Shown here: positions 62,821 to 62,888 of the stretch, piece after piece
How the letters are laid out: each line of letters opens with the position of its first letter
Position numbering within the stretch: position 1 is the stretch's first letter
Source of the DNA: Octopus bimaculoides
Taxonomy: Eukaryota
Length of the DNA: 62,888 nucleotides
NCBI RefSeq assembly: GCF_001194135.2
Contig: NC_068990.1
Location: 55,101,470 to 55,164,357, forward strand
Direction of reading: 5' to 3'
Program-made: the position numbers and the translations under genes
Notes under the pieces: generated by a model
Seen by the model: the letters and a program-made list of their open reading frames with translations, nothing else
Database searches by the model: none
What the model was told of the DNA's origin: nothing

Positions 62821-62888
62821 AACCAAGGTTCATGAATTCATCGATATGTGACAGTGGATTTTCATCGATGAGTTCATGAACCTTGTTT
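62821..62888. repeat. near-perfect inverted repeat (hairpin), at the window edge
   Basis: aaggttcatgaattcatcgat [18-nt loop] atcgatgagttcatgaacctt. Confidence 0.92.

Overview
This is AT-rich, microsatellite-dense animal genomic DNA with 8 assembly gaps. The repeat content looks cephalopod (Octopus-like), but that is an inference. The main feature is the 3' part of one intron-rich minus-strand gene: a divergent myosin-VII-like unconventional myosin tail (MyTH4-FERM-SH3-MyTH4-FERM). I reconstructed it by hand as 22 coding exons from 57558 down to 11841. All have canonical AG/GT borders and join in one continuous phase-consistent frame (2983 nt = 1 nt + 993 codons + stop). The motor, IQ and upstream exons were not found and presumably lie beyond the right edge. 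Everything else is transposon-derived: Helitron, Penelope-like, RTE, R4/Dong-like, Tx1/L1, Tc1/mariner, hAT, MITE and SINE pieces, plus local duplications, minisatellites and two strong fold-back structures. Most ORFs in the supplied track are artefacts of microsatellites or N runs. There is no evidence for CRISPR, rRNA, bona fide tRNA genes or any prokaryote-type system. The best leads are the divergent myosin VII paralogue with a non-canonical SH3, a Penelope-like element with no visible endonuclease, a SINE-derived 62-bp tandem array, inverted SINE pairs bracketing exons, and two intronic hairpins.
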